Source: an uncultured delta proteobacterium
GTDB taxonomy: Bacteria; Desulfobacterota; Syntrophia; Syntrophales; Fen-1087
Direction: 5' to 3'
Assembly: GCA_963709485.1 (NCBI GenBank)
Contig: CAVPWE010000007.1
Location: forward strand, 78,858-142,857
DNA length: 64,000 bases
This document shows positions 63,241 to 64,000 of the stretch, piece after piece. A program made the translations under genes and the position numbers. A model generated the notes under the pieces. It did not search any database. It saw only the letters and a list, made by a program, of their open reading frames with translations, and was not told the DNA's origin. The stretch's first letter is position 1, and every line of letters begins with the position of its first letter.

Positions 63241-64000
63241 AGACGTTGAAGCTGGGCATTCCGAAGGGGAGCCTGGAAGCGAATACCGTCGAGCTTTTCA
63301 AGAAAGCCGGCTGGCGGATTACCTATGACAGCAGGAGCTACTTTCCGGACATCGACGATGACGAGCTTGTCTGCAGCCTGGTCAGGGCCCAGGAGATGTC
63401 CAGGTACGTCGAGGAGGGGAACATCGACCTCGGCTTGACGGGGAAAGACTGGATCATCGAGAACGATTCGAAAGTCGTCACTGTGCAGGATCTGGTCTAT
63501 TCCAAATCCTCGGCAAGGCCGGCCAGGTGGGTCCTCGTGGTCAGACAGGATTCCCCGATCCATGCCATCGAGGATATGGAAGGCAAACGCATCTCCACGG
63601 AACTGGTCAATTTTACGAAGAGGTATTTCCGTGAACGAAACATCAATGTAACGGTTGAGTTTTCATGGGGCGCAACGGAAGCCAAGGTCGTTGAAGGCCT
63701 TGTGGACGCCGTTGTGGAAGTGACCGAAACCGGATCGACCATCAGGGCGAACAAGTTGAGAATCGTTCATGAACTCATGACGACGAACACCCAATTGATT
63801 GCCAATCAGGCCGCTTGGGAGGATCCCTGGAAAAGGCAGAAGATTGAACAGATCCGAACACTTCTGAATGGTTCGCTTCAGGCTCTGGGGAAGGTCGGTT
63901 TGAAGCTGAACGTGTCCAGGGAAAATCTGGGGCGCGTCGTTCTCCTGCTGCCCTCCCTGAAAGCGCCGACGATATCCAGCCTGTACTCGGAGGAATGGTT
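63237..64000 (+). CDS. hisG: ATP phosphoribosyltransferase (long form), 3' end outside window
   Basis: This ORF is not in the ORF track because no stop falls inside the window. The ATG at 63237 overlaps the hisI stop (ATGA). The product begins [26 protein letters not shown]... and stays open to base 64000. Confidence 0.85.
   Translation, partial: MKTLKLGIPKGSLEANTVELFKKAGWRITYDSRSYFPDIDDDELVCSLVRAQEMSRYVEEGNIDLGLTGKDWIIENDSKVVTVQDLVYSKSSARPARWVLVVRQDSPIHAIEDMEGKRISTELVNFTKRYFRERNINVTVEFSWGATEAKVVEGLVDAVVEVTETGSTIRANKLRIVHELMTTNTQLIANQAAWEDPWKRQKIEQIRTLLNGSLQALGKVGLKLNVSRENLGRVVLLLPSLKAPTISSLYSEEW

Overview
This is a 64-kb window of a GC-rich bacterial chromosome. The gene content (PEP-CTERM proteins, an AOR-family enzyme, TRAP transport plus acyl-CoA activation genes) fits an anaerobic Deltaproteobacteria-like organism, but taxonomy cannot be established from this window. 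Two ordinary housekeeping blocks flank a ~26.8-kb accessory segment. The left block (1-6.3 kb) holds the 3' end of an AOR-family gene, a CsgG-like lipoprotein, an RNA-chaperone trio (DEAD-box helicase, Csp, RRM/RGG protein), a histidine phosphatase, an MBL hydrolase and a DUF5329-like protein. The right block (33.1-64 kb) holds tRNA-Lys, purA, serA, serC, radA, a TPR protein, ubiE, DUF47+PiT, an MBL hydrolase, MarR, an acyl-CoA dehydrogenase, MoxR+VWA, groES-groEL, ileS-lspA, trkH-trkA, a TRAP dctPQM operon with two acyl-CoA synthetases, and hisI-hisG. The main result is the accessory segment at 6.3-33.1 kb. The 3' half of tRNA-Lys(UUU) occurs four times as a direct repeat, and these copies delimit three tandem integrative islands. 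Each island has its own tyrosine recombinase and its own short motif repeated near both ends. Island A (6.3-15.7 kb) is AT-rich and carries five PEP-CTERM paralogs behind a sigma-54-type promoter with three upstream dyad sites. One paralog is split by an IS1634-family element, and the island's integrase is truncated and split by an IS21-family element. Island B (15.7-22.5 kb) looks intact and resembles a P4/PICI-type satellite: CHC2 primase, DUF3987-like protein, terS-like protein, Xis-like protein, XRE regulator and integrase. Island C (22.5-33.1 kb) also has satellite-like order: integrase, HTH regulator, AEP prim-pol, RepA-like ATPase, an iteron block, a J-domain protein, a small-terminase remnant and a multiply broken HK97 capsid gene. 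Three frame breaks, in radA, the acyl-CoA dehydrogenase and the island C integrase, would each be repaired by adding one base to a homopolymer. Assembly error must therefore be excluded before calling these pseudogenes. No CRISPR array and no rRNA gene were seen. All family assignments rest on motifs read by eye and on memory of the families; no searches were run.
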